A stretch of 64,000 nt of DNA, from assembly GCA_044869815.1 (NCBI GenBank), contig JBIOXS010000189.1, positions 5,341-69,340 of the forward strand, written 5' to 3'. Positions 42,247-50,191 of this stretch are shown here, in pieces. Numbering within the stretch: position 1 is the stretch's first letter; each line of letters starts with the position of its first letter. Origin of the DNA: Candidatus Rokuibacteriota bacterium. Lineage in GTDB: Bacteria; Methylomirabilota; Methylomirabilia; Rokubacteriales; CSP1-6. The position numbers were made by a program, and so were the translations under genes. Below the pieces are notes generated by a model. It was not told the DNA's origin, made no database searches, and saw only the letters and a list, made by a program, of their open reading frames with translations.

Positions 42247-43263
42247 ATGCAACTGGCGCTGAACCTGAATTACTCGGGCGCGAGCGTCGCCCTCGACCTC
42301 GACAAGGTGCTCGAGGCCGAGCGGCTCGGGTACACGTCGGTGTGGACGGCCGAGGCCTACGGCTCCGACGCGGTGACACCGGCGGCGTGGATCGCCGCTC
42401 ACACCACGCGCATCCACGTCGGCACCGGCATCATGCAGATTCCCGCCCGCACGCCGGCGATGACGGCCATGACCGCGATGACGCTGGACGCACTGTCCGG
42501 AGGCCGGTTCCGTCTCGGTCTCGGTGTGTCGGGGCCTCAAGTCGTCGAGGGCTGGCACGGTCAGCCGTTCGGCAAGCCGCTCAGGAAGACACGCGAGTAC
42601 GTCGAGATCGTGCGCGCGATCCTCAAGCGTGAGCGGCCGCTCGAATTCCGCGGCGAGTATTACCGGATCCCGTACGAGGGCGCCGACGCCACGGGACTGG
42701 GCAAGCCGCTCAAGTCGATCCTCCACGGCCGGGCGACGCTGCCGATCTACCTGGCCGCCGTCGGACCCAAGAACGTCGCGCTCGCGGCCGAGATCGCCGA
42801 CGGATGGATCCCCGTGTTCTTCTCCGCCCGGCGCAGCGCGACCTTCCGCGAGTGGCTCGACGAAGGGTTCACGCGGGGCGGGCGGAAGCGTGAGGGCTTC
42901 GACATCATGCCCATGGTTCCCGTCGTGATCGGAGCGGACACGGCCGCCTGCCGCGCGGTCGTGAAGCCCCGCATCGCGCTCTATGTCGGCGGAATGGGCG
43001 CGCGCGGCCGGAATTTCTACAACGACATCGCGCGCCGCTACGGCTACGAGGCGGCGGCCAAGACGATCCAGGACCTCTACCTCGGCGGCAACAAATCAGC
43101 GGCGGAAGCGGCGGTGCCCGACGAGCTCGTGGACGAGGTCGCGCTCTGCGGTCCGCGCGAGCGGATTCGCGAGCGGCTCGCCGAGTGGCAGGCGTCGGGC
43201 GTGACGACCCTCATGGTCGCCGGCGACGCCGCCGCCGTGCGCACGATGGCCGAGCTGGGGTAG
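42247..43263 (+). CDS. LLM-class F420-dependent oxidoreductase (luciferase-like monooxygenase family)
   Basis: ORF 42247..43263. [27 protein letters not shown] and [20 protein letters not shown] are typical of the TIGR03559-like LLM family. Confidence 0.8.
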   Translation: MQLALNLNYSGASVALDLDKVLEAERLGYTSVWTAEAYGSDAVTPAAWIAAHTTRIHVGTGIMQIPARTPAMTAMTAMTLDALSGGRFRLGLGVSGPQVVEGWHGQPFGKPLRKTREYVEIVRAILKRERPLEFRGEYYRIPYEGADATGLGKPLKSILHGRATLPIYLAAVGPKNVALAAEIADGWIPVFFSARRSATFREWLDEGFTRGGRKREGFDIMPMVPVVIGADTAACRAVVKPRIALYVGGMGARGRNFYNDIARRYGYEAAAKTIQDLYLGGNKSAAEAAVPDELVDEVALCGPRERIRERLAEWQASGVTTLMVAGDAAAVRTMAELG

Positions 43264-43287
43264 ACGGCCGCCAGGAAGGAGCACGAG

Positions 43288-44049
43288 ATGAAGCTCAAGG
43301 ACAAGGTCGCGATCGTCACGGGCGCGGGATCGGGGATCGGGGCGGCGAGTGCGATCGCCATGGCCGCCGAGGGCGCCCGCGTCCTGGTCGTGGATCTGAA
43401 CGAGACGGGCGCGAAGAGCACCGTGGCCGCCATCGAGCGCGATCGGGGCACGGCGCTGGCCATGACCGCCGACGTGACGCGCGCCCCCGACAGCCAGGCG
43501 ATGGTGGAGCGCGCGGTGGCCGCCTGGGGCCGGCTCGACGTGTTCTTCGCGAACGCGGGGACGCCCCAGTGGAAGATGGACGTGGAGCAGGTCGAGGAGA
43601 CCGTCTACGACAAGATCTTCGACGTCAACGTGAAGGGCGTCTTCCTCGGCGCGAAGTACGCGCTGCCGGTCATGAAGCGCCAGAAGCGCGGCGTGTTCCT
43701 CATCACGGCGTCGACCGCCGGCATCCGGCCGCGCCCGGGCGGACAGGTCTACGCCGCGTCCAAGGGGGCGGTCATCACGCTGGCGAAGGCGCTGGCGCTC
43801 GAGGTCGCGCCGCACGGCGTCCGGGTCGTCGCCATCTGCCCTGTCGCCACGCACACGCCCATGCTGCCGACGTTCATGGGCAAGCAGCAGGTCGACGCCG
43901 AAGGCCTCGCGCGCTACGAGGCGACGGTGCCACTCGGGCGTCTGAACCAGCCGGAGGACATCGCGCGGACGGCGGTCTTCCTCGCCTCCGACGACGCGGC
44001 GATGATCACGGGCAGCACGATCGAGGTCGACGGCGGACGCTGCATCTAG
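43288..44049 (+). CDS. SDR family oxidoreductase
   Basis: ORF 43288..44049 with [18 protein letters not shown] cofactor motif, NAG, and the catalytic YAASK motif. Confidence 0.88.
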   Translation: MKLKDKVAIVTGAGSGIGAASAIAMAAEGARVLVVDLNETGAKSTVAAIERDRGTALAMTADVTRAPDSQAMVERAVAAWGRLDVFFANAGTPQWKMDVEQVEETVYDKIFDVNVKGVFLGAKYALPVMKRQKRGVFLITASTAGIRPRPGGQVYAASKGAVITLAKALALEVAPHGVRVVAICPVATHTPMLPTFMGKQQVDAEGLARYEATVPLGRLNQPEDIARTAVFLASDDAAMITGSTIEVDGGRCI

Positions 44050-44970
44050 ATGCGCGTCATTCCGCTCGCCGCCGAGTCACTCGGCGTCCGCTCGATGGCG
44101 ACCTATGTCGAGGCCGGCGACGTCGGCATCCTGATCGATCCCGGCGCGACGCTCGCGGCGGCGCGGTACGGGCTGCCGCCGGCGGAGGCCGAGTGGGAGG
44201 CGCTTCGTCGAGCCAACGATCGGATCTCGGCCTACGCCGCCCGCGCCTCTCTCGTGTTCGTGAGCCACTACCACGAGGACCACTATCGCTCGGATCCGGC
44301 GACCTACGTGGGCCGGACGGTCATCGCCAAGGAGCCGCGCCGCATGGTCGGCGGCCAGCAGAGCCGTCGCGGCGTCGCGCTGTGGACGTCGCTGCAGGCC
44401 GTGGCCAGGCTCGAGGCGGCCGACGGCTGGCGGCGGCGCGAGCCGCACGTGGAGCTTTCGGCTTCGCCGCCGCTGCCCCACGGCGTGGAGGGCACGCCGC
44501 TCGGCTACGTGGTCGCGCTCACGGTCGTCGACGTCGCCGAGCGCGAGCGGTTCGTGTTCGCCTCCGATGTGCAGGGACCGCTGTCGGCGGTCGCCGCCGG
44601 CTGGCTCATCCGGCAGCGACCGACGCTGCTCTATCTGTCCGGTCCACCGTCCTACATCGAACGCGACCTGCCCGAGGGCGCCATCGACCGCGGCATCGAG
44701 CATCTGCTCCGCGTGATCGACGCCACCGGCTGCCGCGTGATCATGGATCATCACGCGCTGCGCGACGGGGGATTCTCGGCACGCTTCGATCGGCTGTGGC
44801 GCACGGGCCGCGTCGTCACCGCCGCCGCCCACCTCGGCCTCGAGACGCTGGCGCTCGAGGCGCGGCGGCGTGCGCTGTGGGCCGACGTCCGCAAGGCGCC
44901 CGTCGCCGCCCGATCGTCGAGTGGTATCATCACGACGCGCACGTTCGCGAAAAGGGGGAACGCCGAGTGA
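44050..44970 (+). CDS. MBL-fold metallo-hydrolase-like protein (UPF0282-like)
   Basis: ORF 44050..44970. The ATG directly abuts the SDR TAG. SHYHEDHY resembles the HxHxDH metal motif. Confidence 0.6.
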   Translation: MRVIPLAAESLGVRSMATYVEAGDVGILIDPGATLAAARYGLPPAEAEWEALRRANDRISAYAARASLVFVSHYHEDHYRSDPATYVGRTVIAKEPRRMVGGQQSRRGVALWTSLQAVARLEAADGWRRREPHVELSASPPLPHGVEGTPLGYVVALTVVDVAERERFVFASDVQGPLSAVAAGWLIRQRPTLLYLSGPPSYIERDLPEGAIDRGIEHLLRVIDATGCRVIMDHHALRDGGFSARFDRLWRTGRVVTAAAHLGLETLALEARRRALWADVRKAPVAARSSSGIITTRTFAKRGNAE

Positions 44971-45431
44971 CAGACAACAAGACGCTCAACGTCGGCGACC
45001 AGGCCCCGGGCTTCACGCTGAAGACCATCGGGCTCAAAGAGGTCAGTCTCGCCGACTACAAAGGCAAGAACGTCGTCCTGCTCTTCTATCCGCTCGACTG
45101 GACGCCGGGCTGAAGCAAGTGCATGCCCGCCTTCGACAAGCGCGTGAGCGACTTCGAGGCGGTCAATACCCAGGTGCTGGGTATCTCCACCGATAGCCCC
45201 TTCAGCCACGAGAACTGGGCCAAGGCGGTCGGCATCAGCCACTATCCGCTGCTCTCCGACGTGCATCGCACCGTCGCCAAGGAGTATGGCGTGTACTGGC
45301 CGGACTGGAACGCCAACAACCGCGCGACGTTCATCATCGACAAGACCGGCAGGGTGCGCTTCGTCGAGCGCTACGGCAAGGGCGAGCTGCCCGATCCCGA
45401 CAAGATGCTCGGCGAGGTGAAGAAGCTCTAG
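44967..45431 (+). CDS. Peroxiredoxin (AhpC/TSA, BCP-like) with in-frame UGA at the peroxidatic position: predicted selenoprotein (U49)
   Basis: GTG 44967 (GTGA overlap with the MBL gene, SD AAAGGGGGAA). The tail of ORF 43185..45113 and ORF 45123..45431 share one frame and are split only by TGA 45111-45113. The joined protein reads VVLLFYPLDWTPG-U-SKCMPAF...ISTDSPFSH. Confidence 0.7.
45127..45162 (+). promoter_or_regulatory. Candidate bacterial SECIS hairpin downstream of UGA 45111
   Basis: Pairs 45127-31:45158-62, U45132 bulged, 45133-36:45154-57, 45139-40:45152-53, 45141-43:45148-50. Apical loop GUGA (45144-47) sits about 30 nt after the UGA. Confidence 0.55.
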
Positions 45432-46348
45432 CCGCGCGCGGGAAGCCGGACGACCGTCCGGCCTCCCGTCGTCAAGGCCACGCCGGCCAGCACCATGGCG
45501 GCGCCGCCGATCTGCCAGGGGCCGATCTCCTCGCCCACGAGCAGCGCCGCCGTCCCGATCCCGACCACCGGCGTCACGTTCATGAAGATCGCCGCGCGGC
45601 TCGGGCCGACGCGCTCGACGGCCGCATACCACCAGAGATGGGCGACGGCGCCGGGAATGGCGTGATAGAGGAGCACGGCCCACGCGACGGCCGAGCCGAG
45701 CCGCGGCCGCGGCGTGAGGGGCGCCGTCACGATCGCGAGCGGAACGAGGATCAGCGTGCCGCAGACGTAGGCGGCGGTGGTCGTGAGAACGGGTGAGTGA
45801 CCGCTCAGCACGCGCTTGCCGTACACCGTGTACACCGTCCACCCGACGAGGGCGAGCAGGGTGAGGAAATCGCCGAGCCGCAGCTCGCTCGGCGCCAGCT
45901 CCGCCAGGCGGTCCTCGGTCACCACGAGGAGGACCCCGAGCATCGAGATCGCGACGCCGACGCGCTGCTTCGCTCGCAAGCGCTCGCCGAGATACGCGCG
46001 CGCACCGAGCGCGACCATCACCGGCGCCGTGGCCTGGAGGATCGCCGCGTTGGCCGCCGACGTCGTGTAGATGCCCCAGTAGCTGATGTGCGCGGAGACG
46101 ACGAACCCGGCCGTGCCGAGCACGAAGAAGGACGTGACGGCGTCGGTGCTGAGCGCGCGCGCCGCATTGAAGCCGGCGCGGAGCACCAGCGCCGAGAGCA
46201 GACCGGCCGCGATCGCGCAGCGCACCGCGGTCAGCAGCGTCGGTGGAATATCGGCGAGCGCCAGCTTGGAGGTGGCGGGGAAGGTGCCCCAGAGCGTCGC
46301 GATCAGCAACAGCGCGACGTACGCGCGTGTTTGACTGAGCGGGGGCAC
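45428..46348 (-). CDS. DMT superfamily (EamA-like) transporter
   Basis: ORF 45428..46567, start moved to GTG 46348 (VPPLSQTRAYVALLLIATLWG). Ten predicted TM segments and two EamA repeats. Its stop overlaps the peroxiredoxin stop by 4 nt (convergent). Confidence 0.8.
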   Translation of the reverse strand: MPPLSQTRAYVALLLIATLWGTFPATSKLALADIPPTLLTAVRCAIAAGLLSALVLRAGFNAARALSTDAVTSFFVLGTAGFVVSAHISYWGIYTTSAANAAILQATAPVMVALGARAYLGERLRAKQRVGVAISMLGVLLVVTEDRLAELAPSELRLGDFLTLLALVGWTVYTVYGKRVLSGHSPVLTTTAAYVCGTLILVPLAIVTAPLTPRPRLGSAVAWAVLLYHAIPGAVAHLWWYAAVERVGPSRAAIFMNVTPVVGIGTAALLVGEEIGPWQIGGAAMVLAGVALTTGGRTVVRLPARG

Positions 46349-46359
46349 CTGCCTATCAT
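46331..46359 (+). promoter_or_regulatory. Candidate promoter for the SRPBCC gene: TTGACT, 17 nt, TATCAT
   Basis: Near-consensus hexamers at 46331-36 and 46354-59. The predicted TSS is about 5-6 nt before ATG 46372, so the transcript is nearly leaderless. Confidence 0.5.
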
Positions 46360-46371
46360 AGCTCGCGCGCC

Positions 46372-46845
46372 ATGGCCGACCACGTCTTCGAGTCGCGCGT
46401 GTGGCTTGCGCGCCCGCGTCCGGAGGTGTTCGCGTTCTTCGCCGAGCCGACGGCCCTCGAGCGCCTGACGCCGCCGACATTCCGGCTCCGCCTGTTGAAT
46501 CCCGGCGTGAAGATGACCACGGGCGCCGTCCTCGATTTCCGGCTGCGCTGGCTGGGCATCGTCCCATTGCGCTGGCGGGCGTTCGTGCGCGAGTGGGATC
46601 CGCCGTTCCGTTTCGTCGATGTGCAGGTGCGGGGACCGTATGCGCGCTGGGAGCACCGCCACCGATTTCTCGAGGAGGGCGGCGGCACCTGGATCGAGGA
46701 CCGCGTGACGTACCGGCTGCCGCTGGGACCGCTCGGACGGATGGCGCACGCGCTGCTGGTCGGGCGCCAGCTCCGCGAGCTGTGGGAATACCGCCACCGA
46801 CAGCTGGCGGAGCTGGTGAAGCCGCTCAGCGCGCCGGCAGGGTGA
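46372..46845 (+). CDS. SRPBCC family (START/cyclase-dehydrase fold) protein
   Basis: ORF 46372..46845. The pattern FRFVDVQVRGPYARWEHRHRF is typical of COG4276-type SRPBCC proteins. Confidence 0.7.
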   Translation: MADHVFESRVWLARPRPEVFAFFAEPTALERLTPPTFRLRLLNPGVKMTTGAVLDFRLRWLGIVPLRWRAFVREWDPPFRFVDVQVRGPYARWEHRHRFLEEGGGTWIEDRVTYRLPLGPLGRMAHALLVGRQLRELWEYRHRQLAELVKPLSAPAG

Positions 46846-47800
46846 TGCCGAGCTTCTCGAGGCGCGGCGTCACGCGCTCGGTCAGCAGCCCGAGCCGCGC
46901 CAGGTTCGCCACCATCGAGCCGTGCATGTCGCGCCGGAAGTATTTCCGGAACGGCGCGTAGTCGTTCGACGCGGCCGTCTCCCGACGGTAGCGACGCACC
47001 TCCTGCATCTCGGCCGCGCTGAAGCCCATGTCCTCGTACGCCTCGGCCGGGAAGAAGCCGGTCAGCGTCTTCTCGAGAGCGAAGCAGCTGTAGTCTTCGA
47101 GCTCGCGCCGCTCCGTCTCGGACGCCTCGCGGATCACCTTCGGCAGGGCGAGCATGCCGAAGCCCATGTGCCGGGACTCGTCGAGCAGCACGCGCCGGCA
47201 CAGCTCGCCGAGCACGGGATCGCGCGCGCTCTCCCCCATCATCTTGAAGAGGGCCACCGCAAAGGTCTCGGCCACCAGCTGGAGCGAGATGGTCTTGAGG
47301 TACCAGCGGCTCTCGCTCAGGATGGAGTCGAAGAGGTCGCGCTCGTTCTTCGGCATCGGATAGCGCACATTGTCGAGGCGCTCGGTGATGTAGCGATCGA
47401 GCACCTCGTTGTGGCGCGCCTCGTCCATGACCTGGGTGGCCTGGAAGAATTTCTGATCGGCCCCCTCCACCACGTCGACGAGCTGGCTGCAGGCGAGAAG
47501 GGCCCCCTGCTCGCCGTACATGAGGACGGAGAGGCGCCAGGCGGCGATCCGCCGGTTGAGCGCGACGCGGTCCTTGTCGGGCAGCCGCTCCCACAGAGGG
47601 CTGCCATAGATGTCGATCAGCTCATCGGCGATCACGCGGCCGTCGTCGCTGCCGGCGGCGGACCACGCGATGTCGCGGGAGGCGTTCCACTGGTCGCGCT
47701 TGGCGTTCTCGTAGAGCCGCCGGAGCTCCGGCTCGGTAGCGGCGTAGTCGAGCTCGAAGGTGGTGGTGAAGCTGGACGGAATCTCGCGCGGCGGTGCCAT
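46826..47800 (-). CDS. Ferritin-like diiron-carboxylate protein (putative oxygenase)
   Basis: ORF 46826..47800. Four-helix diiron ligand set: E in MYGEQGA, DEARHNE (ExxH), E in LVAETFA, DESRHMG (ExxH). Confidence 0.7.
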   Translation of the reverse strand: MAPPREIPSSFTTTFELDYAATEPELRRLYENAKRDQWNASRDIAWSAAGSDDGRVIADELIDIYGSPLWERLPDKDRVALNRRIAAWRLSVLMYGEQGALLACSQLVDVVEGADQKFFQATQVMDEARHNEVLDRYITERLDNVRYPMPKNERDLFDSILSESRWYLKTISLQLVAETFAVALFKMMGESARDPVLGELCRRVLLDESRHMGFGMLALPKVIREASETERRELEDYSCFALEKTLTGFFPAEAYEDMGFSAAEMQEVRRYRRETAASNDYAPFRKYFRRDMHGSMVANLARLGLLTERVTPRLEKLGITLPAR

Positions 47801-47930
47801 GGGATCTCCTCCGGAACCAGTGGGTTTCGACGACGGACCAGCTGGTTTTCATTATGGCGCGCGCGGGTGGCCGTGCGCAAGGGTGCTACGCTGGCGCCCG
47901 TGACCGTCGGTCGGGACGAGCTCGGCGCCC

Positions 47931-48803
47931 GTGTCGATCGCCGGCGGCCTCGCGCTGGCGCCGGCGCGCGGCCGCCAGCTCGGATGCGGGGCCATCCAGA
48001 TCTTCGTGAAGAACCAGCGCCAGTGGGCGTCGCCGCCGCTGACCGCGGGCGATGCTCGCGCGTTCCGGCGCGCGCGGCGCCGCGCTCGTCTCCGCCACGC
48101 GTTCGCCCACGGCTCCTACCTCGTGAATCTGGCGTGCCCCGACCCCGCCGGCTGGCGCCAGGCGGTCGATACCTTCACCGACGAGCTGCGGCGAGCGGCC
48201 AGGCTCGGGCTCGACGCGCTCGTCATCCACCCGGGCTCGCACCTGGGCGCGGGTCCCGAGGCGGGACTCGACGCGATCGCCCGCGCCATCGAGGAGGGAT
48301 TGCGCGCCACGCACCGCTCGACGGTGAAGGTCGCGCTCGAGAACACCGCGGGCGCCGGCCACGTGCTCGGGCGCACCTTCTCGGAGCTGCGCGCGATCCT
48401 CGAGCGGCTCGGCCATCCGCGGCGCGTCGGCGTGTGCGTCGACACCTGTCACCTGTTCGTGGCCGGCTACGACATCCGCACGGCGGCGGGCTATGCGCTG
48501 GCCATGGCGGAGTGCATCGAGATGCTCGGCGCCGGCCGGGTGCTGGCGTTCCATCTGAACGACGCCAAGGCGCCGCTCGGCTCGGGGCTGGACCAGCACG
48601 AGCACATCGGCCGTGGCGCGCTCGGCCTGCGGCCCTTCCGGCTGCTGCTCAACGATCGGCGCTTCGCGCGCGTGCCGAAAGTCCTGGAGACGCCGAAGGA
48701 GCCCGAGCCGACGGCCGATCTCCGCAACCTGGCGACGCTGCGTCGATTGCGCCGGCCGGTCAGCGGGCGGACGTCACTCCCACCCGCCGGCAGAGCGCGC
48801 TGA
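47931..48803 (+). CDS. nfo: Endonuclease IV (deoxyribonuclease IV); N-terminus questionable
   Basis: ORF 47931..48803 with a GTG start. VSIAGGL...IQIFVKNQRQW aligns with E. coli Nfo VSAAGGL...FALFTKNQRQW. Also HGSYLVNL, HPGSH, ENTAG, CVDTCH and HLNDAK metal-site motifs. Confidence 0.85.
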   Translation: MSIAGGLALAPARGRQLGCGAIQIFVKNQRQWASPPLTAGDARAFRRARRRARLRHAFAHGSYLVNLACPDPAGWRQAVDTFTDELRRAARLGLDALVIHPGSHLGAGPEAGLDAIARAIEEGLRATHRSTVKVALENTAGAGHVLGRTFSELRAILERLGHPRRVGVCVDTCHLFVAGYDIRTAAGYALAMAECIEMLGAGRVLAFHLNDAKAPLGSGLDQHEHIGRGALGLRPFRLLLNDRRFARVPKVLETPKEPEPTADLRNLATLRRLRRPVSGRTSLPPAGRAR

Positions 48804-49392
48804 CGGGGCACGTCGAGCAGCGCGGCGAGATCGGCGTGCAGACGTTCTGGCCGAAGGCGACGAGCAGGTCGTTGTAGCCGATCCAGTACCGCCGCGGCAG
48901 GCGCGCGCGGAGCGCCATCTCGGTCGCCTCGGGATCGCGCGTGCGGATGTAGCCCAGCCGGTTGGAGATGCGGTGGACGTGCGTGTCGACACAGATGCCG
49001 GGCTTGCCATACCCCATCGTCACCACCAGGTTCGCCGTCTTGCGCCCGACGCCCTTGAGCGTCAGGAGCGCGTCGATGTCGTCGGGCACGCGTCCGTCGA
49101 AGCGCCGGAGAAGGTCCCGGCACAGTCTGCGGATCACGCGCGCCTTGGTGCGGTAGAAGCCGACCGGATAGATCAGCCGCGCGATGGCGCGGGCCGACAG
49201 CGCCAGCATCGCCGACGGCGTGTCGGCGACCGTGAACAGCCGCGCGGCGGCCGGACCGGTGGTCCGATCCTGGGTGCGCAGCGACAGGATGCAGGCCACG
49301 AGCACGCGGAACGGATCCCGCTCCTGCTCGGCGATCAGCGCCAGCGCCGTCCGCGGGAAGGAGCGCCGCGTCCGTCGCAGCCGCGCGATCAC
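48760..49392 (-). CDS. nth: Endonuclease III (DNA glycosylase/AP lyase)
   Basis: ORF 48760..49791, start moved to GTG 49390-49392 (210 aa). HhH-GPD motif LKGVGRKTANLVV...CVDTHVHR and the C-terminal CTPISPRCSTCPVSALC [4Fe-4S] loop. Confidence 0.88.
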   Translation of the reverse strand: MIARLRRTRRSFPRTALALIAEQERDPFRVLVACILSLRTQDRTTGPAAARLFTVADTPSAMLALSARAIARLIYPVGFYRTKARVIRRLCRDLLRRFDGRVPDDIDALLTLKGVGRKTANLVVTMGYGKPGICVDTHVHRISNRLGYIRTRDPEATEMALRARLPRRYWIGYNDLLVAFGQNVCTPISPRCSTCPVSALCRRVGVTSAR

Positions 49393-49403
49393 GCCGGCGA
49401 TGT

Positions 49404-50135
49404 CTACCGCTTGTCGCGAATCGACTCGAGCAGGGCGCGGGCGCGTGGGACGTCCTTCACGGTCCAGTCGGCGACGATCGTCGGCGCGCGCTCGTCGATG
49501 ACGCGCGCCAGTTCCTCCCGGGCCGCGGGGTAGCGGCCGTCGCCGATGTAGAGTCGCGCGAGATCGACGCGGAGCACGGTGAAGCGCGGATCGATCTCGA
49601 GCCCCTTCTTGAAGTGGCTTTCCGCCCTGGCGCGGTCGCCGCCGGCCAGCCGCGGCACCTCCATGTACACGTTGCCGGCCAGCGCGTGGCCCCGCACGGA
49701 GCGCGGGTCGAGGGTCAGGATCGTGTCGATCTCGCGCTGGACGGTCGGCAGCAGGAACAGTGACCGCATGATGCCTTTCGTCTGTCCCCACCGTGCGGTG
49801 TTGATGGCGTACCAGAGATGCGCCTGCGCGTTGCGGGGCGCCAGCTCCACGGCGCGCTCGCCGAGCTGACGGCCCCGCGCATAGGCCTCCAGCTTTTCGT
49901 CGGTGGTGCCGGCCCGCGTGTCGGCCCAGAGGAACTGCACGTAGGCGAGCATGATCATCGTTTCCACCTGCGGGTCCTGCGCGAGGGCCGAGTCGAGCAG
50001 CGCGCGAGCGCGGTCGAGGGCGGTGGCGTCCTGATGGTAGCGCTGCACGAGGGTGCGCGCCGCATCCACCGGCGTCTGCGCGACGGCGGCGACCGCGACC
50101 CCCAGCAGGGCGGCGACCAGGAGGCGCGCGATCAT
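49404..50135 (-). CDS. Secreted TPR-like repeat protein
   Basis: C-terminal 243 codons of ORF 49404..50696, ATG at 50135. Signal peptide MIARLLVAALLGVAVAAVAQ, then helical repeat content. Confidence 0.6.
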   Translation of the reverse strand: MIARLLVAALLGVAVAAVAQTPVDAARTLVQRYHQDATALDRARALLDSALAQDPQVETMIMLAYVQFLWADTRAGTTDEKLEAYARGRQLGERAVELAPRNAQAHLWYAINTARWGQTKGIMRSLFLLPTVQREIDTILTLDPRSVRGHALAGNVYMEVPRLAGGDRARAESHFKKGLEIDPRFTVLRVDLARLYIGDGRYPAAREELARVIDERAPTIVADWTVKDVPRARALLESIRDKR

Positions 50136-50191
50136 CGGCCGAACTCTAGCGATGGCGCGGAGCGGAGTCAAACGTCGTGCCTGCACGGCCT

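Noticed and set aside
42455-42485. A short tandem repeat ATGACGGCC ATGACCGCG ATGACG inside the LLM oxidoreductase gene.
   Set aside because: It is an in-frame coding repeat (TAMTAMT) of under three units. I see no evidence that it is more than chance or codon-level duplication.
43185-44966. ORF 43185..45113 (642 aa) as a single gene.
   Set aside because: Most of it is an alternative frame over the SDR and MBL-fold genes with an Arg/Gly-rich translation. Only the last 49 codons, from GTG 44967, are real: the N-terminal part of the peroxiredoxin.
45106-45130. An alternative hairpin CGGGC...GCCCG that encloses the UGA itself, considered as the SECIS.
   Set aside because: The UGA would lie in the loop, and the geometry does not match bacterial SECIS elements, where the hairpin follows the UGA. 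The downstream 45127-45162 hairpin fits better.
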